In this document: piece by piece, positions 1 to 12,840 of the stretch
How the letters are laid out: each line of letters opens with the position of its first letter
How positions within the stretch are numbered: the stretch's first letter is position 1
DNA from: Lama guanicoe
Taxonomy: Eukaryota
Length of the DNA stretch: 64,000 bases
Direction: 5' to 3'
Assembly (NCBI GenBank): GCA_013239625.1
Contig: MU054323.1
Location: forward strand, 2,592,161-2,656,160
Notes under the pieces: model-generated
What the model saw: only the letters and a program-made list of their open reading frames with translations
Told to the model about the DNA's origin: nothing
Databases searched by the model: none
Position numbers and translations under genes: made by a program

Positions 1-1324
1 AAAAAAATAGGATTGAGTGAAAAGAAGATATGATGGGAGAATCCCATTGCAAGGTTTTGTCCATATTCTAGTTTCTACATAGGATGGTGAGTACGTTGGT
101 AGAAAAAAAACTCTAGTTTAATTCCTAAAATCAAACTAAAACCCTTAGAATATGAAGTTAGAAAGTAATGAGATTTGTAAATGCTTCTTCAATTTGAAGA
201 AACTTCTTTTTGATCATATAAAAATAGCTGTGAAGAATACATTTTAAAATTTTCTGATATCACTCATTTTTTTTTAAAGAGAGGAACAAAACTACCCAAA
301 GAGGGGAAAAAAATGTCCATTATAAAGGACTAAATAAGAAAAAGCCAAAAATATGATGAGTAGCTTCTTGGAAATAAACATCAACTCTCTGGATAATATT
401 TCCATTCTATCATTGTAGAGTAAGATAAATGAGGATTATTCAGCCAGTTTAGAAATATATTTTTTCAAATGTGAGCTGCTTCATGTTTAGTGTAACCTAT
501 AAGAGCTAGGTCAAGGATTTTTGGTGTGCTTCTCTTCCCTGCCCAAAGCCCACTCATACCCAGCCACCATGAACCTGAACTTCACAAAGTGCCTTTACCA
601 TTTGAGGAAGTTAAAGGACATCTGTTAAGTTCTGCTCCTTAATTATGAGCATTATTTAAATGAGGTTATAGAAGGTTTAATTAATAGACTATATAAGCAC
701 AAAAATAAATATTAAGTATGTCCTCAAGGTCATTACTGAGGATTAAGGGCATAATATGATATATTGCTTTCCTGGTTCTTCATCCCAAATCCTCTTTTGT
801 CCAACTTTCAAGTGCCCCACCACTAGCTCTTCTGCTGTACAGCAACTCAGCTGGGATATAAACACCTAACATGCGAATGTCCAGGGTATATGGATGTCTG
901 ACTCGGCCCATGCCAGGGTCAGAGATACTTCCCCTCAAACTCTGATGAGCAAGAAATTTGACCAGAGCCAATAGCTACTACATTCATAGGATGGAAACTG
1001 AGATGTTCTAGGTTAGAAGCAAGAATTGTCACAGAGAAGCACTGTGTCTGTATCAGGGGTGTCCATGGATGTCATTGTATCCCTGAAGTGTCACTCTAAA
1101 ATCTGTCTTATTGATGGAGACAGGTAAGAAAACGAACTTTTAAGTTGGGGACTGCTTATAGAAGTTAACTCGTAAATCGAGTTTCAAGAGAAGACCTTTT
1201 CCCCAGACTGTTACTACACTTGTCCTTCAACATATGAAGATGAGTTCAGGGAGAGAGCAAATTCAAAGATATTTAAGTGTTTACTCTGCTAAGCATTACC
1301 CTGGGAGCTAGATAATAAAACCCG

Positions 1325-1515
1325 ACAGCTACTGGGTCCCAAACATGTGCCACTGTTCTGCATCCGTTTTCGCTACAGTTCACAGCCACTCTCCATATTA
1401 GTTACGAAATTCCACGTCTTATAGATGAGTTGTCCAAGTTCATAGGACTAGTAAACTTTGAAGTTGGCATTGGAGTCTAGATCTGTCTCAATCTGAAGCC
1501 TTAGTCTTTTATTAC
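1325..1515 (-). mobile_element. MIR SINE, degraded
   Basis: Reverse MIR pattern: atgtgcc...ttatagatgag...tgtccaagttcatag...ctagtaaa...tctagatctgtct...aagcc. Confidence 0.65.
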
Positions 1516-2359
1516 ATAAGATGGACAATCTTAAAGAAACTTACCAACATACTAGATAGTTCGAAAAGCCACAAGTCTTTACAACTAAAGGTATACTTCC
1601 TTTCGTGAACACCAGGAAACTACAAGAGATCAAACCAAGTCCCTCTTCACCCCTATCTGTTTATTACAACAATGTTACGTTATAAACTAAAATCCTCAAC
1701 CAAGACCCCCTGAATGGCCTGGAAGGTTTGTTCACTCTTCCCATGTGCCCCTTTTCCCCAGGGTGCAGACCGGCTCACCTCAGCCTGCTGCATGTTACAC
1801 GTTGCTGGGCAAGGGGTCTGCGGGCGGGCAGGAGTGGGTGGCGGCACTTCTAATCTTTTTGTCACAAAATGACTCACCAAGAGGCCCATGAGGTGCTTTA
1901 TGAATGGCCTAATATCACAAATGTTAGCATTTATGGTGGCAAGGCACTTTCTTAACATCAAAGAACAAAACTGAAATTTTTACCTAACACATTCAACTTC
2001 AAGAAGACATGCATACAATTCTCTGACAACTTACAGCTTTGGGGAATCAGGAACTGAGATCTTCAAGAAAATAAAACAAGCCACATGTATTCTACACAGA
2101 ATTAGGTAGACAGAGAAATTAAAGTGACTGTAAACTGTTTCCTTTTTCCTGTCCTTTTGAAAACACGCAGTTTTGGAAGGCTCATCTCCAGGCGGTAAAG
2201 CAGTGTCTGTCGGCGGCAGGCCTGGAAAAGCCATCTCTAACGTGGGAAAAAAAAGTCTGATGACCAGATGTAGGGACGAAATTTGAGACAGAAGAAGCTG
2301 AATTTAGGAGACAAGAACAGCCCTTATAAAGCAGCAGCCTGGTGAAGGGTGTTAGAGGG

Positions 2360-2503
2360 CAGTGCTTCCAAATTGTAAAATGCATATAAATCACTAGAGA
2401 ATCTTGTTAAATTCAAATTCCGACTTGTGAGCTCTGGGTGAAGCCTGACATTCCCAGGTGACACCAGGCTGCTGGTCCTCAGACCACACTTGGGGGACCA
2501 AGG
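2360..2503 (-). mobile_element. MER5A/MER5A1-like hAT-Charlie MITE
   Basis: Starts cagtgcttccaaa, contains aatcactagagaatcttgttaaa, ends ccaggtga...gctgctggtcctcagaccacacttg. Matches the MER5A reverse complement. Confidence 0.8.
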
Positions 2504-2853
2504 GTACAGGGCAGCTGGTGATTTAATGGTGTCAACTAACATTTTGTGATGATAAAAGACAATGATTAGGGAAGAACAGTCATGCTGGGAGAAACTAGCC
2601 CAGGAAGGACAGGGTGGCAGAGTCTAAATGTGCGCGGCCCACCTGCCAGGAGCCCACGGGGAGAGCCCAGCATCCTGGATCTGAACCCAGCGTGCTCCTG
2701 ACCTGTTGTAGACAGTGGCTAGGTGTCCTCCAGGACTAACATGAATTCAGTTGCCCATTCTGTTCTCTTGTTGCCAAAGGGACAAGTACACTTTGAAGTG
2801 CCATCACTTATAAATTTATTGAACAATGGTGTCAGGTTTCTATACATCCAGTC

Positions 2854-3212
2854 TTCTATGGTCTGAAAGTTGGTGTTTCCCCAAAATGCATATGATTAAA
2901 TCCTAATCCCCAAGGTGGTACTACTGGGAGGTGGGGCCTGTAAAATGGGACCAGGCCATGAGGGCAAAGTCCTCACACATGGAATTAGTACCCTTATAAA
3001 GGAGACCTGAGAAAGCGTCTTTGCCCGTTTCACCATGTGAGGGTCACAGCGAAAAGACTACCAGCTAAGAATTGGGCCCTCACCAGACACCGAATCTACT
3101 GGCACCATGAACTTGGACTTCCCTGCCTTCAGAACTGTGAGAAATAAATTGCTATTATTTATCAGCTACCTAGGTTATGGCAGTTTATTATAGAAGCTCA
3201 AACAGACTGACA
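2854..3212 (+). mobile_element. MLT1A/MLT1A0 (ERVL-MaLR) solo LTR
   Basis: ctatggtctgaa...cccaaaatgcatatg...ggaggtggggcc...catgagggc...ggccctcaccagacaccgaatct...ttggacttcc...cagaactgtgagaaataaatt...gactgaca. Confidence 0.9.
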
Positions 3213-4069
3213 CTCCATGCCCTCCTCCACTGCCCCAATCACTTTTCCCACCACTTCTGGAAATGTCTGAACATGGAACAGGAACACTGGAATCCGAAGT
3301 CTGCAAAGAGCTTTAAATGAGAGTAAGCATGAACCTCAGGCTCCTGCTTAGACCTAGCCTGTAAAACACACCCTCACGCACACCCGTCAAGACATCGTTA
3401 CCTCAGGAGGGCACGTGTTGCTCATGCTTCTCTGTTCTGCTTTCTAACATCTCTCAGTTCTCTATCGTGTGCAGTAAATTCAGGGGGACAGGAAATTCCA
3501 TTCCTACTCCATGGTTCTACCATCTCTCTTATCACCTTACTACAAAGCCTGGGGATAAGTGTGCAATTTGACATGTTCTCCATCAGAGGCCTCAAAATCA
3601 GGAGGCAGGAGAGACATCGAACATTTATTGATGATCTGAATGCGACGAGCACTTGTCTCTTCTAGCTGCCACTTTGCCATCCGTCCTCCCTTCTCATAAA
3701 AACTTCCAAAGACTCCTCTGCTTCCAAGCTCTCAATGGCCCTCAACAGTTTGGCCCTTCATCCAAGTCTAATAGCATGTTGTACCAAAGCACAGAGCTAC
3801 TTTAAAACACACCCTCATATAAAACATCGAATATAGAACGGCTCAGTCTAATCATGTGTTCAGAAGGAAAATAAGTTGAGCTGGTTATTAAATCTATCAG
3901 ATATCCCAGCTCTCCAGCCATCATCACCACACATCCATCCAACCTTCCATGGACGCCAAATGAGCATGAGTCATGGGCACAAAGGAAACCTAAGGGCCTG
4001 GAAAGCAGACACTGTCCTCAAAATAGTGACAGTCTTTTAAGGTAAGATGCACCCGTTTTCTTTTTATTT

Positions 4070-4205
4070 AAGCATTTATTGATTAACTGCATCCTCAGTG
4101 AGCACTAATTATATGCCAGGTACTATGCTAAATAAGGAGTGAGCCATAAACGAGAAGGACATGAACCCTGCCTTTTCAAACCTCACGGTATAGCAGGCGA
4201 GACAG
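4070..4205 (-). mobile_element. L2 3' fragment
   Basis: agcatttatt...gagcacta...tatgccaggtactatgctaaa...ccctgccttttca...ctcacggtatag: reverse L2 tail. Confidence 0.65.
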
Positions 4206-4612
4206 GAGAGTGACATGGCACATGGCAGAGCAGCTAAGGACAAAATAAGAGACAGAAGCTGCAGCAGCAATTCAGTGAAGTGAGAACATGTATCCTGCCC
4301 GCATGGTCCGAGATGGTATGAGGAAGCAGTGAAATCTGAATACAACTGCAATTAGTACAAGGAATTCAGATATATAGCACCTTCTGAAATGCTAAGTAAT
4401 TCCTAGGGGGTCAGAGAAAGTGAAGAAATATTTCCTAACTGAAGGTGAAGGTTTCTATTGCATATTTTTTCTTAAACTGAGGAACATTTACCCTTGAGAG
4501 TACTTGGTGGCTTGCCAGGAGTATAAAAATCCATGGTAAAATGAAAAAACATCTTCCTGGGGTAACAATTTTACTAAATGGTGATTTAAGATGCACACAC
4601 ATGTGTGGGTTT

Positions 4613-4652
4613 TGTGTGTGTATGTGTGTGTGCGCGCGTGTGCGTGCGTGTG
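4613..4652. repeat. Imperfect (TG)n/(CG)n alternating purine-pyrimidine tract
   Basis: tgtgtgtgtatgtgtgtgtgcgcgcgtgtgcgtgcgtgtg read directly. Confidence 0.9.
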
Positions 4653-5731
4653 GAATAGAATGTAAAATGTACGTGAATGTTTAAGATATAACAGAAACCT
4701 TCAAAGACACACCGTGTCTGTATGGGATCACTTAGACCCCTACAGCCACACCTCATCCATGACGGCCACCACCCCACAATCTAACTTCTTATGTTTGAAG
4801 AATGTGTTTATGGGAAGGAAGAAACCCTGCTCTGCCTGCCGAGAAAAAGAGATATGCATCAGGAAAGTTGGTTTGAGTCATTCTATGAAAGATTAAATGC
4901 CAGGCTGAGGATATTAGGCTTCATTGATGACGCCGGAGGAAGAGGGAGGGGGCTGAGTACTTGTGAGCTGAGCAGCAACTCGTGGACCAGGCGGCTGGCC
5001 GCATTTCCGAGTCTCACTGGTTGTGGATGGGAGGATGCAGATAGTACATGTGTCTTTATCTGAATATGACAACATAATGAAGGCCACCATGGAACGGGTA
5101 TGGGCAAGATACATGCACGGGGTGCTGTCCCTGCAGCAGGGCAGAGCTACCAGGCATATGTTTTTCTCTACTGCACAGTGGAGATGCTTGGAAAGAGGGT
5201 CAGAGTCCGAGGAGCAGTAGGAACAAGCTGGGGCTCAGGCTCAATTCTCCCGGAGTGGGAAAGTTTCCTCTCCATGCTGGTATTAGTCTTGCATCAAGAG
5301 GACACGATGATCACCGACTGTGGTTATCTTGCTGCCAAGTCACAGGGCAGAATGAGGTGGGAGAAGCTCTTGCCTGGGTCAGGCCCAGATTTAAATTGCT
5401 AATCATTGCTTGAAGGCAGAGGAAGAGAGAAGCTATTAGAAGCTATTAGACATCACTCTGCTCTTGGGAAAGGAGCACCGGCCTTTTTCATTTAGATATT
5501 CTGATGAATTTCATGTTGGCTTTTTGCTTGGATGGATCTCTCCAGGTTACACCCCCAAGTGGTTGGTAAAACTGACTTCTAGAAAGACCCAGGTTGTGTT
5601 GAGGTTGCTCTGGGAATCTTGCCTGACTCCTCTGCCTTGCCCCACCCCAACTGCATCCTGGACTGGGCGTGGCTCTGTATGGACAGGGACAATCCTCTAG
5701 GTGAAGTTTAGCATACGGTGAAGCCCAAGAC

Positions 5732-5996
5732 CAGCACTGCTGTATAGATATATAATGTGAGCCACATCTGTGAGCCACATATGCAATTTTAAATTTTCTA
5801 GTAGCCACATTATAAAACATAAAATGAAACAGGTAAAATCCAAGTACATAATCAGCATGAAAGTTTTAAATAACATTTTACATTATTTTTTCTAAGTCTT
5901 CTTATAGTAAATTTTACACATCTCAGTTTGGACTAACCACATTTCTGGTGTGTAACAGCCACAACTATGTATGGCTAATGTATTGGACAGTGCACT
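5732..5996 (-). mobile_element. MER33-like hAT-Charlie MITE
   Basis: cagcactg...gagccacatatgcaattttaaattttctagtagccacatt...gaaacaggtaaa...tattggacagtgcac, with MER3/MER33-type termini. Confidence 0.85.
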
Positions 5997-6049
5997 TCTA
6001 GACTCATCTTAAGCCTGTACATCACAGTAATGCCTCCTGGGCATCCCTG

Positions 6050-6165
6050 CAGTAATCAAGGTCCAGAAATACCAAGTCACTTGCCAGAGCTCACACAACA
6101 TGCTGGAGTCAGAGCCAAAACTAAATCAGAAGTCTCTCAGATCTAATCAAGTATTCTTTCTGACA
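6050..6165 (-). mobile_element. MIR fragment
   Basis: aagtcacttgccagagctcacaca...tggagtcagagcc. Confidence 0.55.
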
Positions 6166-6249
6166 CAATGAAAGTTGACTTCTCTCCTCACCGTCACGGC
6201 TAGCTCATCAGCAGGCTCTCCTAATCCTTCCTTCAGAGCACTCTTACAT

Positions 6250-6415
6250 TCTTCTTTCTCCCTGTTCTGGCTGCCACCACCCGACTCAGGCCTTGATTGC
6301 AGTAACCTCGTAATTGATGTGTTGGCTTTTGGTCTCCCCTTCCAGCCTCTGGCAAAACCTGAACGTAGCAGAACTCAGCTCTGATTAAACTAACTCCACT
6401 GTTGAAAAGAATGAG
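6250..6415 (+). mobile_element. L2 fragment (5' part of an L2 split by L1 insertions)
   Basis: ctgccaccacc...caggcc...gattgcagtaacctcgtaattg...actccactgttgaaaa resembles the L2 3' region. Confidence 0.5.
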
Positions 6416-6420
6416 TCCCT

Positions 6421-7075
6421 ATTTTTTTAAATAGATTTTATTTTTTAGAGAAGTTTTAGTTTACAGAAAAATTGAGTAGAAAGTACAAAGAGTTCCCATA
6501 TACCTCTCCACCTACTTCCCAGTTACCTCCACTAACATCTTGCACTGGTGTGGCACATCGGTTACAATTACAAGCCACTATTGATACATTGCTACGTAGT
6601 TTACATTAGGGCGCACTCTTCGTGTTGTATAGTTCTACGGGTTTTGGCAAATGCATAACATCATGTACCACCATTGCAGTATTGTAGAAAATAGTTTCAC
6701 TACCCCAAAATCACTGGTTCTCTACCTATTCATTCCAACCTCTCTTTCCCCCCAAGCCCTTGGCAACCTCTGATCTTTTCACTGTATCTATAGTTCTGCC
6801 TTTTCCAGAATGTCATATGGTTGGATTCACACAATATGTAGTCTTTTCACACTGGCTTCATTCACTTAATAATACATTTAAGGTTCCTCCATGTATTATT
6901 GGCTTGATAGCTAATTTCTTTTTATTATTGAAGAGTATTTTGTTGTCTGGATGTACTTTATTTATCCATTCATCTTCTGAAGGACATCTTGGTTGCTTCC
7001 AAGTTTTGATAATTATGAATAAAGCTGCTGTAAATATTTGTGTGCAAGTTTTTGTGTGGATTTCCCATTTTTAAA
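6421..7075 (-). mobile_element. L1MC1/L1MC2-type L1 3' end
   Basis: tttaaatagattttattttttagagaagttttagtttacagaaaaattgagtagaaagtac...ttttccagaatgtcata...gaaggacatcttggttgcttccaagtttt...aataaagctgct. Confidence 0.9.
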
Positions 7076-7164
7076 TGATTGAAGTATAATTTAAGATTCA
7101 CCATGGTCTTGTATTAATAAATATCTCCATATTTTTTCTACAAAACAAAAAATGCTTTCTCTCT

Positions 7165-7712
7165 CAAACTTTGTTCTTCTCTTTCAAAATGTTTTGGCTA
7201 TTTGCAGTCCTTTGCATTATTATATAAATTTTAGCATATACCTGTCAATTTCTATAAAAACATCTGATATTTTGAGATTATATTAAATCAGTAGATCTAT
7301 TCACAGAAAATGAAAGCCTATATCAAAGAGGATCTCAAATAAATGACTTCAGTTTCTGCTCTAAGAAACTAGAAAAAGAAGAAATTAAACCCAAGTAAGT
7401 AGAACAAAGGGAAAAGTAAAGAGCAGAAATTAATAAAATTAATATCAGAAAAACAATAGAAAAATTTATAAGACCAAAAATTGATATAAGCACTTACTGC
7501 TATAAATTTTTGCCTAATTACTGGTTATACAGCCTCCCACAAATTTTAATATGCTTTTATATATATTGATTCAGTTCATAATGCTTCCTTTTCAATTTAT
7601 ATTGTTTCTTTGATTCATAAGTTATTTATAAATCTGTTACTTAATTTCCAAATATTTGGGGATTTTTCTGAGATCTTTTCATTATTGATTTCTAATTTAA
7701 TTCCACTATGGA
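7165..7712. mobile_element. Old L1 ORF2 fragments in -/+/- orientation (internal inversion)
   Basis: 7165-7300 reverse ORF2 (ttttggctatttgcagtcctttgcat). About 7317-7483 forward (aagaaactagaaaaagaagaa). About 7484-7712 reverse (ctgctataaattt...tctaatttaattcca). Confidence 0.75.
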
Positions 7713-7789
7713 ATCATTTAGTCTTGCTTTTTGTTACCCAATCTGTCATTTATCTTTTAAAAATTATGATTTCTTACTTATGGTTTGTA

Positions 7790-8088
7790 CCTTTTTCCAC
7801 TTCTCTAGCCAGCAAACTCCTATGCATCCCTCAATGCCCAACTCAGAAATGATATCCTCTGTAAAACCTTCCCAAACTCTGCCAGATGAAGTTTGTAGTT
7901 TTCCCTTTTGTGCCTGCAAAGTTCTTTCCATGAACTCATCTAAGAGTTCTTTTCATATTGGGTTGCAATTACGAGTTAACCAATTTGTCTCCCCTACTAG
8001 GACTCTAAGGTCCTCAAGTGCAATGAAGTTCTATGCAGATTTGTCTTCACAGAGCCTGGCACACAGCAGTTCCTTGAATGAATGAATG
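7790..8088 (+). mobile_element. L2 3' end
   Basis: aaactcctatgcatccctcaa...tcctctgtaaaaccttccc...agagcctggcacacagcag...tgaatgaatgaatg terminal repeat. Confidence 0.8.
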
Positions 8089-10009
8089 CAGTCAGTGACA
8101 GAGCCACTTAGTTGTGAGTCCTCCTCAGCTCATCTCTTTGGTTCCCAGAGTGACTCAGCTACTGAAAACAAAGAGAAGATGAGAACATCAAGAAAGAAAG
8201 AGGGAACATAAATAAGTTTCTTTGTGTGAAAGAGCCAGGGACATGAAGCAGGCCCTCTCAGGTGTGGCAGGATGCCTGCTTTATGTCCAGGTTTACTCTG
8301 TGCCTGTAGGAGCTGGGCTGGTGGTTAATGCTAGGCCTGGGCCTTACCTATGCAGATGGTAACCAGGCCTGCCTGTGAGTGAGTGCAGCAGACACAAAGC
8401 AGAGCCCGCAGGTGCTCCCCACTCCAGCCGTGGGAAACCTCTGGGCTGGACACGGGGAAATAATGTCTGCACCAGGCTTGGGCCTGACTGTGCACAGCAC
8501 TGTGTGTGCACATATGTGTGTGGAGGGGGGCGGGAGAAGGAGGAATGGATGGAGATGAATGGAGATGAATGACTACTAAATCTGTACTCACCAGGAAAGA
8601 CGAACCAGCAGAATCCTTATTTCCATCCCTGGCTGAACTCAAATCATATACTTTCTCAGTGATCTCATCTAAAAATGTCTCACCTTCCCTAAAACCAATC
8701 TGTACCTGTCAGTGACTGATGCTATCATAGAAATTTGCACTTTTATAGCATTCCATAGCAGAGAAGGAGGTTTCCCCCTGTAATATTACATGCCTGTCTA
8801 GGAAATTTTCTTTATAACAAGAGATCAGAATACTGATCTTTACTGGTTGACTTCAGACATCAGCCAGCAAAGAGGGCAGATGTGTAACTGCTTTCCCACA
8901 GCAGTGAATAAATTGACTGAGGAGTAACCTTTGCATGCCTCATTCTGAAGCCATGTCCCCCTTTGTTTCTACACAAGACACCTATGCTCCTAAAATACTG
9001 GACCTCATAGCAATCTGGAGAAACAAACAAACAAAACACGAGCTCTCTATATTCCCAAGTCTTTGATCAATATGTAAGACATTCAAGTAGCATCCTGCAA
9101 AAAGAGCTGTCTACATAGCTTTCCCTCCACCCCCCACCTCTGCCCCAATAAACTGATGGAATTGATCTGGTCCATATCTGGAAAAGCTTTTAGCTCTTTA
9201 ATTCAAGGATCAGTTGAGCATAGTTGAGCACTCTCTTGCATGAGAACTTAGTAGTTTACCCTGGGTCCTTATGGATGACAGGGGGTGAAAGATACACTGT
9301 TCATACTGGTCTAGGTCCCTAGTGGCCCCTCTCTTAGGAGCTGGTGAGAACTCTTAACCAGTGTGGCTGGAAGGCCAGGTGTGTGAATTCCTCTTGAGTG
9401 TGGTCCGTGCTGGAGTTTCACGAAGTCAGCCTGCAGTTGTTTGCTCCTTTCTCTGAGCCCAAGTGTTTGAAAACTCAGATCACATCTGTTGATTCCATAG
9501 GAGTATAGCTTTCCTCTAACGTGCTCTGCAAAGTGATGGCTGTACTTCTAAGAGAGCATGCCGGGACAAGATCTGTTGTCTGGTCCTCTCCCAGGAAGAA
9601 TGGGACCTAGATTTGGAAGTACCCCTAACCCAGCCAGTGGGCAGCTGTCACATACCCTAAGAGGCGGCTGTTAGTCTGCACTGAAACAGCTCACTCCAGG
9701 CTCTGAAACATGAGAGAAGTAAGCCTTTTTGACTTTGACCTTAGCAGACAGACTACCTGTTCTTCAAGATTCTAACCTTGAACTTGCAACCTCCGTCCAC
9801 ATCTCCTGTTCCCGAAGAGAATCTTTTATTTTCTTCTGCTGATGCTTTTACTTCTTGACTATTTTATCAAGAAAAAGGGTTTGACATCTACATCTAAAAA
9901 TAAATTCTAATCTCATCATGTGATATATTTTCCAACACAGGGGCAGAAATTACCAGGAAGGCAATAATAAAGGGTCTTCAACAAAGCAGCTCCTACCAAG
10001 TATTTGCTT

Positions 10010-10210
10010 CATTTACTTACTTATCCATTCATTAAACATTTCCTGTGTTTTTACCCTGTACCAGATACTATACTAGGCACCAGGAATATAGAAATGAACA
10101 GACTCCTGCCTTCTCAGAGTTCCCAGCCCAGTAGGGTGATAGACAACTAAGCAAAGAAGTATATTACGTTAGATGAGCTATGCTATCTGTGCAGGGTGTT
10201 GGGATCCTGA
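10010..10210 (-). mobile_element. L2 3' end
   Basis: ccattcattaaacattt...taccagatactatactaggcaccaggaatatagaaatgaacagactcctgccttc. Confidence 0.8.
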
Positions 10211-10215
10211 GAGAG

Positions 10216-10470
10216 TGGCCTGTGAAGAGCAGGCATTGTCATCAGAAACACCAAGCTTGAGTCATAGCTCTGACACTGCCCCTCACCAGCTGTGAGACGT
10301 TAGGAAAATTGCTTAACCTGTCTGAGCTTTAGCTTTATTATCTGTGAAATCAAATTAATTATAATGGACTTCTTCAGAAATAAGATCATACTTATAAAGC
10401 ACTTAGCCCAGTTGCTGGCATCTGGTAAGTGTTCAATAAATGTGAGCCATTCATTAATTTCATCATTACT
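10216..10470 (+). mobile_element. MIR SINE, near full length
   Basis: aagagcaggc...agctctgacact...agctgtgagacgttaggaaaattgcttaacctgtctgagc...aaagcacttagc...ctggcatctggtaagtgttcaataaatg. Confidence 0.85.
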
Positions 10471-11384
10471 ATTTTCCATGTAGTCTGGATCAACTTTGGA
10501 CAAACTAGAAGAGAACCTGTGCTAAAGACAAGATATGGGGAGGCAGATAGCAACTTCCTATACAGTTTACAGAGAGGACCGATGTTCTGTGTATTGGGAG
10601 CTGTCAGCCTGCCTCAATTTGCTGTAAAACCCACTTCTTTTCCAGTTGCCGGTTGGGAAATTCTACCCTGAGTTATCAGTTTACAAGGTGTGTGGCGGAG
10701 GCAAGATTGGGAGTGGTCCCACCACCTTATCTGGTTCTCTGCCTTGGCAATGCCCTGTTCTTCAATTCCCTTTTTATTATGCATTCAGAGTTTAAAGCAG
10801 AGAAGACTGCATTTCCTCTTGTCACTGGCATGACTGTGTCTGTCTCCTGGATGTGTGCCAGCTGTAAATGATTCCTACTTTCCTTCCATTAATACTGTGT
10901 CTACATGTAGAGCTATCTAGGCCTTTGTTTAAATATTAAGAAGGAGTGCATTCAGACAGTAAGCAAACAGAAATGTAGACACATGGCCAAGAAAAAGAGT
11001 GTGGCTGATATAAAATACAGTGGTGAAATAAATATGCAGGATCTGAGAAACTGTAAAGATTCATTCAATTTTTTTTCATCCACAGATTTATTCAGTGTAA
11101 TGGGGTGGGAACTGGCACACGATGCCACGACACAGAAGTAATGAGGGTTTTTTTGAAATGTATATTCGGCTTACAAATTCATTCAACCAGCAAATTTGCC
11201 ATCAGCCTTTCTTCTCCTTTACTAATCTTAGCAAGGATGGAGAGAACAGGAAGGCAGGTTTCTTCAGAGATCTGATCCAAATCCCCTGGGTTTCTGGGAC
11301 TCACTTGCAATAAGCATCCCAGAGGCACACCTTCCATCATCCCTAGATCCTGAGACAAAGTACCAGAACTACAAAGGACAACAG

Positions 11385-11530
11385 TATTCATTCATTCGCT
11401 CATTTCAGCAGCATTAAGGGCATTCCCATTGCCTAGAAAACCCTGTGTAAGATTTTATAAGAAATACAGAAATGAATAAAATCAATCCACGTCTCCAGGG
11501 AATTCACCATCTAAAGGAGGACACACATTA
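11385..11530 (-). mobile_element. L2 3' fragment
   Basis: attcattcattcgctcatttcagcagcatt...atacagaaatgaataaaa...ctccagggaattcaccatcta. Confidence 0.55.
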
Positions 11531-12840
11531 CCATGATATTAAATACAAAAGGATGAAAAAAAGGAGGGGTAAAGATGAGTCAAGGTTATTAAAAGAGCCC
11601 AATGTTTATCATGCAATCTCTATTACAGGCGCTATCAATGGGCCATTTTTTTAAAGAGCAGAGTATTCATCATATAACTTTACCAATTATGCACAAATGA
11701 CAGCTTGAATGAAAAGCTGAAAGTTTACATCAAATATTTTGACTGATGGCCAATAGAAATATTGCCACATGGCCATATATGCTCAAGCCATTATAACTAA
11801 TATTTCTAGAACATTTTACAGTAAAGTGCTTTTTGTGTCATTGTATAGAGCTGGCGTTAAACACATAGTTCTATACATTAAGATACTTAGATTCTGAGGT
11901 ATATTGAATTACAAGGCCATAACTTCTAAAATATTCAGATATTAGAGTGCCAGTAAAGCCCAGTGTTGTAAAAACCAAACTTCAAATGTTTCCCTCTTCC
12001 TCAAATTATAGGTACAACATATCTGAAGAACAGTGTATCAAAAGGACTGCCTAACATTGAGGAAATAGAGATGCCTAATGTAAAAAAAAGGACTTTTTTA
12101 ATGGCTGATGTGTTAGGTTTGAATGTGAAAAATACTAAAATCTTCAACTTTTTTTTAAATTCTCAAATTTATTGCCAACTTATACCACACATCAAATATG
12201 ATCCTGAACAGTGAAAAACTGTGATATCTGAGCCAAGAGTCAACAGGGAAAAAAAGCTTCAGACAATTTAGATGCACCATGTTTATACAGAGTGTATAGT
12301 ATTTACACATCATTCTCAATTCTGTTAAATCCTAAGGTTCCACTAGCAGACATTTGAGGCCACACCAGGAGCAAAATAAGGGGCATGGGGACATGAAAGG
12401 TAGCAGAATGATACTTCTTTCCTAAATGGAATATAATTCTGACAGACTTTTTCCTAGTTACTCGAGATTTTTGAGGTTTGACACTGATTGAACAGATATA
12501 AGACAAACACACATTGTCTTGTAAGCTAACTTGCCACACTGCATTCTCTGTGATAAAAGTGGTTTGAAAAAAGAAAAACCTTAAAAAAAAAAGTGGTTTT
12601 AAAAGGAATATCAAGTACAAGTGTGAAATTCTGTACACTTATCCAGAACTCAACCTTATAGCCTTATTTTATGTGATATATTTTGAACAGACCTCTGGGA
12701 CAACATGAAGCACACTAATATTCACATTATAAAGAAATCCCAAAAAGAGGAGAGGAAGAAAGGATCTGAGAAAATATTTGAAGGGATAATAGCTGAAACC
12801 TTTTCTAACCTGAGAAAGGAGAGTCACCCAAGTCCAGGAA

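Noticed and set aside
880..1050. Possible old ERVL LTR (LTR16/LTR33-like) remnant
   Set aside because: Only faint phrase similarity (tgaccagagccaat), insufficient to call.
5756..5780. tgtgagccacat duplication
   Set aside because: Lies within MER33, whose consensus may already contain this repeat.
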